Of a DNA stretch of 64,000 nt, positions 1 through 8,935 are shown piece after piece. The position numbers and the translations under genes were made by a program. The notes under the pieces were generated by a model. It was not told the origin of the DNA, did no database searches, and saw only the letters and a list, made by a program, of their open reading frames with translations. Source of the stretch: Gammaproteobacteria bacterium (GTDB taxonomy: Bacteria > Pseudomonadota > Gammaproteobacteria > Eutrophobiales > Eutrophobiaceae); assembly GCA_003250975.1 (NCBI GenBank), contig QKIY01000016.1, positions 84 to 64,083 of the forward strand. Reading direction: 5' to 3'. Position 1 is the first letter of the stretch; each line of letters opens with the position of its first letter.

Positions 1-2336
1 CAAAATTTCTGCCACATCTGGCGATATTCTGTCTCTATTGAGCTTGCGATGCGCTTGGCATCGGTCAGGGGTGAAGCTTTCATACACTTACGCAATGACT
101 TCCGCAACTCTATCAGTCGCTCCTCGTTTGCAGCTAACTCAATAGCCTTTTGAATATACTCTTCAGGACTTTCTGCAATCAATTCTGATAATTTTGCAGA
201 ATGAAGCAGGCTTGTACCCACCCGAGAGAGATGAAGAGGACCTGCTAGCGTGATCACCGGTACACCCATCCAGAGTGCTTCGCAGGTTGTTGCAGTACCA
301 TTATAGGGAAAGGTATCTAGCGCTACGTCGAGTTCTTTATATAAGGAGAGGTGATCAAGTGTACTTGGTAACTTGTTATACAACTTGATTCTTTTTGGAT
401 CAATGCCATGAGTTTCAAATTCTTTAATTATGCGTTTGTCTCCATCTTCTAATCCCCTTGATTTTAACAGTAGTTTACTATTAGAAACTTTTTTTAGGAT
501 TGAGATCCAGTGGCGAATAATAGTCGGACTTACTTTGGCAAAATTGTTGAAAGAACCAAATGTGACATAGTCATTTTTCCTCATAGGCGAAGGACTGATT
601 TCAGGACAAATCGATGGCGGTTGGTAGCAAAGGAAGCCATTGGGTAGTCTAATCAGTTGTTCAGTATAATACTGATCAGTCTGTCCGGGTGGATCAGCCC
701 ACTCATCGGTGAAGCGATAGTCCATTTCATCAATACCTGTAGTATCTGGATAGCCAAGGTAGGTGATTTGGATTGGTGCCGGTTTGCGAGCAAACAGTGG
801 TATGCGATTATGTCCGGTATGACCTGATAGGTCGACCAGTATGTCTATCGCATTTGACTGAATCAACGTAGTCGCTTGTTCATCGTCTAAACCCCGGATA
901 TCATACCAGCCATCAGTATGATGCCGAATTCTCATAGTAGTATCGTCATTGTTTGGATTGTTGCTAAAACAAATCACTTCTAACATGTTAGAATCATGTG
1001 CGGCGAGCAAAGGTTCAAAGAAATAAGACACAGAATGAGTTCTGAGATCTCCTGACACATAGCCTATACGTAGACGCCTATTGGCATCAGTACTGCTTAT
1101 TTTAAAGGACCTGGTGTTTACTGCGGTTGAAGTATGGTATTGTGCCCAATGAATATGCTCTTGAAAAATTACTTTTGCATTTAAGGGTTCAGTATAGTGT
1201 AGGGAGAATAGCACATTACTGTGAATATCAGCTCTGGATGGGTCTAAATCCAATGCCCGTCGAAAAGACACAATAGCATCTTCAATGCGCCCTATATCTT
1301 TGAGTGCACATCCTAATATGTTATGGCTATCTGCTTTGCAATTGTCAATTTGGATTGATCGCTGACATGTATCAATTGCTTCATTAATTTGACCTAATGC
1401 CCGTAATACTCGGGCCAGTGTATTTAGGGCAAGAGCATTATTTGGAGCTAACTTTACAGCATGCCTAGCAATTTTAAGTGCCTCATCCAGTTTGCTGTTT
1501 TTCAGCAACGCAGATGCAAGTACTATGTATGCCTTGACATTGGTTGGATCAAGCTCAATGATTTTCCTCGCTGAATCAATTGCTTCTTTCAATTTACCGA
1601 GTGTAGTAAGAGCAGTAACCAAATGTATGTGGGCATTCAAAAAGTCAGATTTAAGTCTTATCGCACGCTTAAAGCACTCTGAAGCATATTCGTGTCTACC
1701 TTGGTTACCAAAAATAGTACCGAGACTATCGTAATAACGTGGATCTTCTGGAGATATCGTTAAAGCGCGATATATATGTTTGATAGCAGCAAGATGATCA
1801 CCAAGTTCCCCGGCGACCATTCCTAGTAAGTGCCATGCCTCAGCAAAACCTGGACGTATATCTAGGATTTCTAGACACGCCAATTCAGCCTTATCAAGTT
1901 CAGCAGCGTGAAAGTGTTCTATAGCCTTATTGTAAAGTTTGTCGCACGCACTGGTGAGTTTGTTTAAGACATCAATATCACCGGGTCGTAAATTAAGAGT
2001 TTCATTAAATGACTTAATTGCATCTATTATCTGACCTTCATCTAGTAAAGCATTACCTAAATTGAAATGAAATAATGCCTCGTGAGGATTAATCGCAATC
2101 GCTTGCTTAATTAGAGTTCTGGCGTCTTTGAAATTCTTTCGATTAGCCGCTACTACACCACTCAAGTGCAAAGCATCGACATTTTCTGGATCATGCTCCA
2201 GTATTTGATTAAAACATTTCATTGCTTCATCGAAACGGCCTGCCTTACTGTGCTCAATACCTTCATCAAGAAGCTTACGAGTCATACTAGCGTCATTGCT
2301 ATGATCGTTTAAATTAGGGTCATATTTTCGATTCAT
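1..2336 (-). CDS. TPR-containing O-linked glycosyltransferase, GT41 / SPINDLY-OGT family (3' end runs off the window, close to its C-terminus)
   Basis: Missing from the ORF track because it is open at the edge. Hand translation from ATG 2336 gives MNRKYDPNL..., a run of TPRs, then RLRIGYVSGDLRTHSVSYF, DILVDLSGHTGHNR, PAPIQITYLGYPDTTG, TFGSFNNFAK, LDTFPYNGTATTCEALWMGVPVITLAG and EYRQMWQKF at the edge; all are SPINDLY-family motifs. Confidence 0.93.
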   Translation of the reverse strand, partial: MNRKYDPNLNDHSNDASMTRKLLDEGIEHSKAGRFDEAMKCFNQILEHDPENVDALHLSGVVAANRKNFKDARTLIKQAIAINPHEALFHFNLGNALLDEGQIIDAIKSFNETLNLRPGDIDVLNKLTSACDKLYNKAIEHFHAAELDKAELACLEILDIRPGFAEAWHLLGMVAGELGDHLAAIKHIYRALTISPEDPRYYDSLGTIFGNQGRHEYASECFKRAIRLKSDFLNAHIHLVTALTTLGKLKEAIDSARKIIELDPTNVKAYIVLASALLKNSKLDEALKIARHAVKLAPNNALALNTLARVLRALGQINEAIDTCQRSIQIDNCKADSHNILGCALKDIGRIEDAIVSFRRALDLDPSRADIHSNVLFSLHYTEPLNAKVIFQEHIHWAQYHTSTAVNTRSFKISSTDANRRLRIGYVSGDLRTHSVSYFFEPLLAAHDSNMLEVICFSNNPNNDDTTMRIRHHTDGWYDIRGLDDEQATTLIQSNAIDILVDLSGHTGHNRIPLFARKPAPIQITYLGYPDTTGIDEMDYRFTDEWADPPGQTDQYYTEQLIRLPNGFLCYQPPSICPEISPSPMRKNDYVTFGSFNNFAKVSPTIIRHWISILKKVSNSKLLLKSRGLEDGDKRIIKEFETHGIDPKRIKLYNKLPSTLDHLSLYKELDVALDTFPYNGTATTCEALWMGVPVITLAGPLHLSRVGTSLLHSAKLSELIAESPEEYIQKAIELAANEERLIELRKSLRKCMKASPLTDAKRIASSIETEYRQMWQKF

Positions 2337-2454
2337 ATTCGTATAATCTAAATAAATAATTCTTATGTAAAAAATAAATTAAAATCACTTAACTAATAAT
2401 GAAAGGCCCCTCTTCATAAAATAATATAAGACTAATTCAGGATCGCTACTAAAT

Positions 2455-3096
2455 TTACGAATATCCTGCTTTACGCAAGATTTCACCGTTTATTTTCTCA
2501 AATATCTCAAATAGAGTATCTGTAAACTTAGATTTCCAGTCACTCTTTTTTCTAACCCACCGTCCATCACTTTTAACAATAGTCTCCCTGTCTGGAATAT
2601 TGTGGTTTATTGCTTTTAAGGATAGAAAATTACCAATACTATTTAGAGCACTATCAAGATCAACTATAATATCTTCGTATTTAAGTAAAAGAGTGTTATC
2701 CCGTCTCCAAGGATCCCAAGATTTAACATGATCCGCCCATGTTCCAAAGCGGTGTTGACCTTTGATGACTGCCTCTAAAGTTATCTTTCTGTGATAAAAT
2801 TCCCAAATACTAACGCAAGCAGCTCTGCCATCCCTAATCACATATATAGCAGAATTGTTATCTTTTGAGTGCTCGTGTGTTTTTAATAATGGGATACTGT
2901 TAGCATCGAATCTGATTTTATGATCTGGACCATGCTCTATATGTCCAACATACTCTTCTAATTCTATATTCCCGCCAAGGTCTTTTGGATAGATGCTTGC
3001 AGATCTAAGCCGAAAACATTGCCATAAAATCGTCCTAAGAAATGTATTACCGCTTCTTGGATAAGATGCAAGCCATATAATATCTGAGTTTCTCAT
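2455..3096 (-). CDS. PAPS-dependent sulfotransferase (Sulfotransfer_1 family)
   Basis: 5'-PSB motif WLASYPRSGNTFLR, 3'-PB motif YVIRDGRAACVS, and LLLKYEDI. Confidence 0.88.
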   Translation of the reverse strand: MRNSDIIWLASYPRSGNTFLRTILWQCFRLRSASIYPKDLGGNIELEEYVGHIEHGPDHKIRFDANSIPLLKTHEHSKDNNSAIYVIRDGRAACVSIWEFYHRKITLEAVIKGQHRFGTWADHVKSWDPWRRDNTLLLKYEDIIVDLDSALNSIGNFLSLKAINHNIPDRETIVKSDGRWVRKKSDWKSKFTDTLFEIFEKINGEILRKAGYS

Positions 3097-3552
3097 TTAC
3101 TGATTTTATAATTGAGCAATTTTTAGTTCATGTATGAACCATGGTGTTCTGAAATTATTTGATAAAATTTTAGAGTATTGAATTATCCTTGAGAAAATGA
3201 ACTGGTTCACATTTGATTTAATGATATCAGATAGTTAGAAAAATGACGTGTTTCACATTTGTAACAATTAATTTTGGTTAAAAATCTGAATATGTAATAA
3301 ACCTAAAATTTATGCATTTAAATCAGTAAGTTATATATACCTTCTTTGTGGGTATTGTATTATCTATTAAACACTTCTTGTGAGTGATTCAATGTAACTC
3401 ATTGATTAACTACTCTCTCCCCAGACGTTGATTTTCTAAACGGTAATAAAAGAATTTAGCTTCAATCAAATTTAATCGGGTAATGACATGGAATGTCAGG
3501 TTGCAGGGATAAGTAACCAGCCCGAATAATGTTCGAGAGAGAGGGCATTAAA

Positions 3553-5379
3553 ATGATAAACATGAACAGGGCTCGTGATGAGAGACGTGAGCTGTTATTC
3601 AGATTTTGGATTTCCACGGCAAGTATTCTGATTGCAATTGTTTCATTGGTACTGTTTGCTCCGGATACAGCCCTTGCTGCTGGTCAAAGTTCATTTCATA
3701 TCCCGGAAAAATTTGTCAAGAACCGAGTGCTTATCCAGCCTCGTGCAGGTATTACTGAAGAAAAATTCAAAGCGATTATTGAGCAGCATGGTGGTAACGA
3801 GACCTTCGTTATAGATGAATTGGACCTGCATATCATCGAACTCTCCGAGAATGCCAATACGGCGGCTATTGCTGAAGCCTTAAACCGGAATCCCAATATC
3901 AAGTTTGCCGAACTCGATGGCCAAGTGTCCCCCGAGCTTATTCCCGATGACCCGCAGTATCCGTATGGTTGGCACCTTCCACAAATTGGAGCGACGAGTG
4001 CATGGGATTCAGCACAGGGAGATGGTGTGATCATAGCCGTGCTGGATACAGGTGTGGATACCTCTCATCCGGATCTGCAAGGACAGACAGTGCCGGGATG
4101 GAATTTTTATGATGGCAATGATGATGTCACAGACGTACATGGGCATGGAACCGCCGTAGCAGGCACAGTCGCAGCCGCTACCAATAACAGCATTGGTGTT
4201 TCATCAGTGAGTTTCAATTCCAGGATCATGCCGATGCGTATTACTGATACGCAAGGTTATGGTTATTACAGTTTGATGGCGCAGGCGATTACGTCTGCTG
4301 CTGATAATAATGCAAAAGTTGCCAATATTAGTTTTTTAAATGTATCTAAAAGTTCTTCCGTCGATGCTGCTGCCCAGTATATGCGTGATAAAGGAGGCAT
4401 AGTTGTTATCTCTGCAGGTAATACTGGCAGCGAACTTACTGATAACCCACCACGCGATTCACTCGTAGTTGTCGCAGCAACAGATGGAAACGATCTTACG
4501 ACAAGCTTTTCCAGTTATGGTGATTTTGTTGATATCGCTGCACCAGGTGTCGGCCTTCGGACTACCTTATCAGGGGGCGGATATGGCGGCTTCAGTGGGA
4601 CATCTGCATCCAGTCCTGTCGTCGCAGGCGTTTATGCACTGGTAATGAGTGCTAATTCATCTCTACAGCCAGCCCAACTTGATAGCATAGTATTTGAGAA
4701 CGCATTGGATCTTGGCAATACAGGCTGGGATCCTCATTATGGCGCTGGGCGTGTCCAGGCGGATATGGCAGTGATTGCTGCAATCGATACCCCTGATACC
4801 GATTTTCTTTCACCAAGTGTATCTATTACTTCACCCATTGGTGGCGTCCTGAAAGGAGAGGTCCCTGTTTATACTTCGTCATCTGATAATATTGCCGTTA
4901 CGGAGGTAGAGCTTTACGTCAACGGCGAATTATACGCCTCTGAAACCTTCGACCCCTTTGAGTTCATTCTGGATACTTCGCAGTACACGGATGGCCAGAT
5001 GCAACTGGAGGCGCGCGCCTATGATGCCTCGGGTAATACAGGTTACTCAGAAATTGTTGATGTAACCGTTGCCAACAACAAAAATCCGCCCGAGGTCACT
5101 ATCCTCGACCCCACTGATGGCAGCGAAGTGAGTGGAACAGTGAATGTCAATGTCAGTGCAAATGACGATGTGGGTGTCACCAGGATCAGCCTGTATATTG
5201 ACGGCAAGGAAGTTATGGCGGTCAATGACAGCACGACGCTTTCCTATAGCTGGAGACCGAAACCTCTACGTGGCAAGGGAAAAAATTCGATACCAAACAG
5301 TACGATGATCTCGGCAACCGCAGAGGATATTGCCGGTAATTCATCAACTGCAGTTGTGAATGTGACCGTCACAAGGTAA
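3553..5379 (+). CDS. Secreted S8 subtilisin-like serine protease with two C-terminal Ig-like (Big) domains
   Basis: Catalytic triad motifs VLDTG, HGHGT and GTSAS; oxyanion SAGN; hydrophobic N-terminal signal ending ALA-A; two Ig-like repeats (SPSVSITSP...YDASGN, PPEVTILDP...EDIAGN). ATG 3553 chosen over the track start at 3529 because a purine-rich SD precedes it. Confidence 0.92.
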   Translation: MINMNRARDERRELLFRFWISTASILIAIVSLVLFAPDTALAAGQSSFHIPEKFVKNRVLIQPRAGITEEKFKAIIEQHGGNETFVIDELDLHIIELSENANTAAIAEALNRNPNIKFAELDGQVSPELIPDDPQYPYGWHLPQIGATSAWDSAQGDGVIIAVLDTGVDTSHPDLQGQTVPGWNFYDGNDDVTDVHGHGTAVAGTVAAATNNSIGVSSVSFNSRIMPMRITDTQGYGYYSLMAQAITSAADNNAKVANISFLNVSKSSSVDAAAQYMRDKGGIVVISAGNTGSELTDNPPRDSLVVVAATDGNDLTTSFSSYGDFVDIAAPGVGLRTTLSGGGYGGFSGTSASSPVVAGVYALVMSANSSLQPAQLDSIVFENALDLGNTGWDPHYGAGRVQADMAVIAAIDTPDTDFLSPSVSITSPIGGVLKGEVPVYTSSSDNIAVTEVELYVNGELYASETFDPFEFILDTSQYTDGQMQLEARAYDASGNTGYSEIVDVTVANNKNPPEVTILDPTDGSEVSGTVNVNVSANDDVGVTRISLYIDGKEVMAVNDSTTLSYSWRPKPLRGKGKNSIPNSTMISATAEDIAGNSSTAVVNVTVTR

Positions 5380-5429
5380 CCGCGATATCATTAGGGTCTA
5401 TATAATCTGGCCCGCCCCGTTTCTCTCTT

Positions 5430-5468
5430 CCTGCCCCGGACTGTATTCATCAGCCGGGGCAGGGTTTA
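5430..5468 (+). terminator. Intrinsic terminator after the subtilase gene
   Basis: Inverted repeat CCTGCCCCGG...CCGGGGCAGG followed by GTTTA. Confidence 0.6.
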
Positions 5469-5641
5469 TCAAATAAACACCTTATCAGCGATGCATTGTG
5501 TATCAAAATCTTTACACTTTTGTGGTAAAACCGCCAATATTTCCGATACTTAGTGTGGAACTTTTCACTATCCTATATACTATCTAGTCAAGAATAACCA
5601 CTGATAAATAGTCACGGTAAACGGTGGTGTAGAGAATATCG

Positions 5642-7378
5642 ATGGCACACAATATCCCGGTTTCTCGGCCCTCTTTGCGCGAGTTTACTTCACGCTTCCG
5701 GCCTTATTTTGTTTCAGCGGCTGTCTTCAGTCTGCTGGTCAATCTACTGATGCTGGTGCCGGCGCTTTTCATGATCCAGGTGTTTGACCGGGTGGTGACC
5801 AGCCGGAGTACCGAGACACTGATCATGTTGCTGGTAATAGCTATTGGTGCGCTGCTGTTTATGGCTTTCCTTGATGTGATCCGTGCGCGGCTTCTGACTG
5901 CTGCTGCGGTCTCACTGGAGAGGCATCTTGGCCCCCGGGTGCTAGCCGATATGATCCGCAATAACGCCGGTCCTGAGGGTGGAAAGAACCTGAATGGACT
6001 CCGTGATGTGAACTCGCTCCGGGGGTTTCTGACAGGCCCGGGAATTATCGCGTTGTTCGATTCCCCGTGGGTGCCGATCTATGTCCTGATTATCTACCTG
6101 TTCCATCCGATACTGGGTTGGGTAGCAATTGGCGGTGCATTTATCATGCTGACATTAGCGATTCTGAATGAAAAACTCTCGCGTCAGCCGCTGGAGGCCA
6201 TGCAGCTTGAATCTCGCAAAGCTGGACGCTTTGCTGATCAAAGTATTGCCAATGCCGAGGTCGCACGGACACTCGGTATGGTCGACAATTTGGCGCGTGG
6301 CTGGCAAGGGTTCAGTCGCAGCGGTCTGGAGAAGCAGCTGCAGGCAAGCCGCATCGGTAGCGTACTTACCAGTACTACGCGCCTCACGCGACAGTCCTTG
6401 CAGGTGATCATGCTGGCAACTGGGGCGTGGCTGGTTATCCATCAGGAGGCTACCACGGGTGTGATGATTGCCGCGACAATTTTACTAGGACGTGCGCTTG
6501 CGCCGGTGGAGATGGCGATCGCCGGTTGGAAGGCAATGGTGGAAGCACGCAGCGCTTACGGCCGGCTTGACGAGATGCTGTCTGAGGAGCCCCAGGATGA
6601 AGTGGTTACAGAGTTGCCCACCCCCAGAGGAGATCTGTCGGTAGAGCGGGTTGTGTTCGGATTCGCAGGGCAGGAACGCCCGGTCATAAAACAGGTGTCG
6701 TTTATTCTTCCCGCGGGTGAGTCACTTGCAATTGTAGGCCCTAGTGCAGCGGGCAAATCAACGCTTGCACGCCTGATTGTGGGATTGTGGAAACCCGTGA
6801 TGGGGACGGTACGCCTGGATGGCGCCGACATCGCTGCCTGGCCACGTGCACGCCTGGGCCCCTACATTGGTTATCTGCCGCAAAACGTGGAACTCTTTGC
6901 AGGTACGGTAAGCCAGAACATCGCGCGTATGGGTGAAGTCGATTCAGCAGCGGTGATCGATGCAGCCAAACGGGCCGATGCACATGAGATGATCCTGCGT
7001 CTGCCCCAGGGTTATGATACCTTCATCGGTGAAGGCGGTTCCTTCCTCTCTGCTGGCCAACGCCAGCGAGTAGCCCTTGCACGCGCCCTCTACGGCAAAC
7101 CCTGCCTGGTTGTGCTGGATGAGCCCAATTCTAATCTGGATGGCCAGGGAGAGGCAGCCCTTATCGAGGCAATCCGTCGTATGAAGGCCGCCGGGGTAAC
7201 CCTGATTGTTATTACACACCGCAGCACACTGCTCACTAACATGGACAAGATCCTGCTGTTGCGTGAAGGCGTTATTGAGAAAATCGGACCCGTATCCGAG
7301 CTGATGGCGGGTGCGAATACGCAGCCTGCGGAGACCCGGCCAAACAGAACGGGGCAGGCCAATAAGCTATATTATTAA
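5642..7378 (+). CDS. Type I secretion system ABC permease/ATPase, PrtD/AprD family
   Basis: N-terminal LVNLLMLVPALFMIQVFDRV, FDSPW motif, Walker A GPSAAGKST, signature LSAGQRQR, Walker B LVVLDEPNSNLD. No C39-like domain. Confidence 0.95.
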   Translation: MAHNIPVSRPSLREFTSRFRPYFVSAAVFSLLVNLLMLVPALFMIQVFDRVVTSRSTETLIMLLVIAIGALLFMAFLDVIRARLLTAAAVSLERHLGPRVLADMIRNNAGPEGGKNLNGLRDVNSLRGFLTGPGIIALFDSPWVPIYVLIIYLFHPILGWVAIGGAFIMLTLAILNEKLSRQPLEAMQLESRKAGRFADQSIANAEVARTLGMVDNLARGWQGFSRSGLEKQLQASRIGSVLTSTTRLTRQSLQVIMLATGAWLVIHQEATTGVMIAATILLGRALAPVEMAIAGWKAMVEARSAYGRLDEMLSEEPQDEVVTELPTPRGDLSVERVVFGFAGQERPVIKQVSFILPAGESLAIVGPSAAGKSTLARLIVGLWKPVMGTVRLDGADIAAWPRARLGPYIGYLPQNVELFAGTVSQNIARMGEVDSAAVIDAAKRADAHEMILRLPQGYDTFIGEGGSFLSAGQRQRVALARALYGKPCLVVLDEPNSNLDGQGEAALIEAIRRMKAAGVTLIVITHRSTLLTNMDKILLLREGVIEKIGPVSELMAGANTQPAETRPNRTGQANKLYY

Positions 7379-7404
7379 CGGATATTTAAACTAATCATAT
7401 AATT

Positions 7405-8871
7405 ATGTACGAGTCATTCTACAGATTCCGGGAAAAACCTTTTTCCCTGCTCCCTGACCCCGCGTTCCTTTACCTGGGGAGGCAACACAGTGCGGCGTAT
7501 ACCATGCTGGAGTACGGGATCATGCACCAGCTGGGAATCACTGTTATTACCGGTGAGATTGGATCAGGGAAGACGAGCCTCGTACGTCATCTGCTGAATC
7601 AACTTGATTCCAACTTAACGGTTGGTCTAATCAGTAATACGCACCGCTCACTGGGCGAACTCATGCCCTGGGTTGCTCTCGCATTTGAACTTCCCCACCG
7701 TAACAGGTCCAGGGTTGAATTATATGAAGACTTTGTTCAGTTCTTGATTAAGGAGTATGCCAAGGGAAACAGGACGGTGCTGATCATAGATGAGGCCCAG
7801 AATATGGATACCGAGATGCTGGAAGAATTACGCATGCTGTCCAATATCAATACAGACAAGGACCAGGTCCTGCAATTAATCCTTCTGGGTCAGCCTGAAT
7901 TGCGAGAGAAGCTGCGACAACGAGAACTTGTACAATTTGCGCAACGCGTTGCAGCCAATTATCATCTGGAACCGTTAACTACAGAAGAAACGTGCAATTA
8001 TATTGGTCACCGTATCAGTGTTGCGGGTGGTGACCCTTCCCTGTTTGATGCCCCTGCCTGTGAATTGATCCATGAGCACACTCGCGGCATACCGAGACTC
8101 ATTAATACACTATGCGATATGGCGCTGGTTTATGCTTTTTCGGAACAGAAAGAAAAGATTGATGCAAAGATCCTGGCAGAGGTAGTGAGTGATAAGGTGA
8201 ATGGAGGAGTCTTCCCGTCCGAAGAAAGTGACCAACAAGAGGTGAATGAATTCTGGCCACGAGATCCTCAATTGGCCAAGAGCCTGAATAATATTGCCAA
8301 TGTATATCGCTCACAGGGAAAATTTGATGAGGCCGAAGAAAATTATAAGCGCGCTGTGGGAATTCTGGAAAACAGTGTAGGAGCACAACACCCCAATCTG
8401 GCCACCGTATTAAATAACCTGGCTGTGCTTTATCGCAAGCAACGCAAATTCGATGAAGCGGAATCACTCTATCGCCGTGTTTTGAACATTGTCGAAAAGG
8501 CCCTGGGACCGGAACATAGGGCTGTCGCCATGGGGCTCAATAATCTGGCAGTGCTTTATCAGAAGCAGGGCAAGTATAGCGAGGCCGAACCCCTGCAAAA
8601 GCGTGCGTTGGCGATTTTGGAAAAAGTTTTTGGCCCCGACCATCAAGATATCGTTATTCATCTTAAGAACCTTGCAAAACTGCAACGCTATATGGGCAGG
8701 GCTGATGAGGCTGCAGATTACGAGGCGCGGGCTGTCGAGATTGAGAACAGCAAAATCAGGCATAGCCTGAATCCGACAGCAACGCTTTCACAGTCAAATG
8801 AAGCCCCCTCATCAGAAGCGGCCGCTGCACATAAGGGTCTTCACCCTGTGGCGTCTCCAGATAAAAAGTAA
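7405..8871 (+). CDS. ExeA-like AAA_22 ATPase fused to C-terminal TPR repeats
   Basis: MYESFYRFREKPFSLLPDPAFLY start, Walker A GEIGSGKT, Walker B LIIDEAQN, LILLGQPEL, TRGIPRLINTLCD; then four 42-aa TPRs. Confidence 0.9.
   Translation: MYESFYRFREKPFSLLPDPAFLYLGRQHSAAYTMLEYGIMHQLGITVITGEIGSGKTSLVRHLLNQLDSNLTVGLISNTHRSLGELMPWVALAFELPHRNRSRVELYEDFVQFLIKEYAKGNRTVLIIDEAQNMDTEMLEELRMLSNINTDKDQVLQLILLGQPELREKLRQRELVQFAQRVAANYHLEPLTTEETCNYIGHRISVAGGDPSLFDAPACELIHEHTRGIPRLINTLCDMALVYAFSEQKEKIDAKILAEVVSDKVNGGVFPSEESDQQEVNEFWPRDPQLAKSLNNIANVYRSQGKFDEAEENYKRAVGILENSVGAQHPNLATVLNNLAVLYRKQRKFDEAESLYRRVLNIVEKALGPEHRAVAMGLNNLAVLYQKQGKYSEAEPLQKRALAILEKVFGPDHQDIVIHLKNLAKLQRYMGRADEAADYEARAVEIENSKIRHSLNPTATLSQSNEAPSSEAAAAHKGLHPVASPDKK
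8263..8766 (+). repeat. Four tandem 42-aa kinesin-light-chain-type TPR repeats (protein level)
   Basis: DPQLAKSLNNIANVYRSQGKFDEAE, HPNLATVLNNLAVLYRKQRKFDEAE, HRAVAMGLNNLAVLYQKQGKYSEAE, HQDIVIHLKNLAKLQRYMGRADEAA at 42-aa spacing. Confidence 0.9.
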
Positions 8872-8935
8872 CCTCACATATGACATTACCCGACAGTGTT
8901 ATCGCGGCGCATCCATTGACTGGTAAATTGAACAA

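Noticed and set aside
1492-1734. 80-aa plus-strand ORF
   Set aside because: Antisense to the TPR region of the GT41 gene, with no SD or motif.
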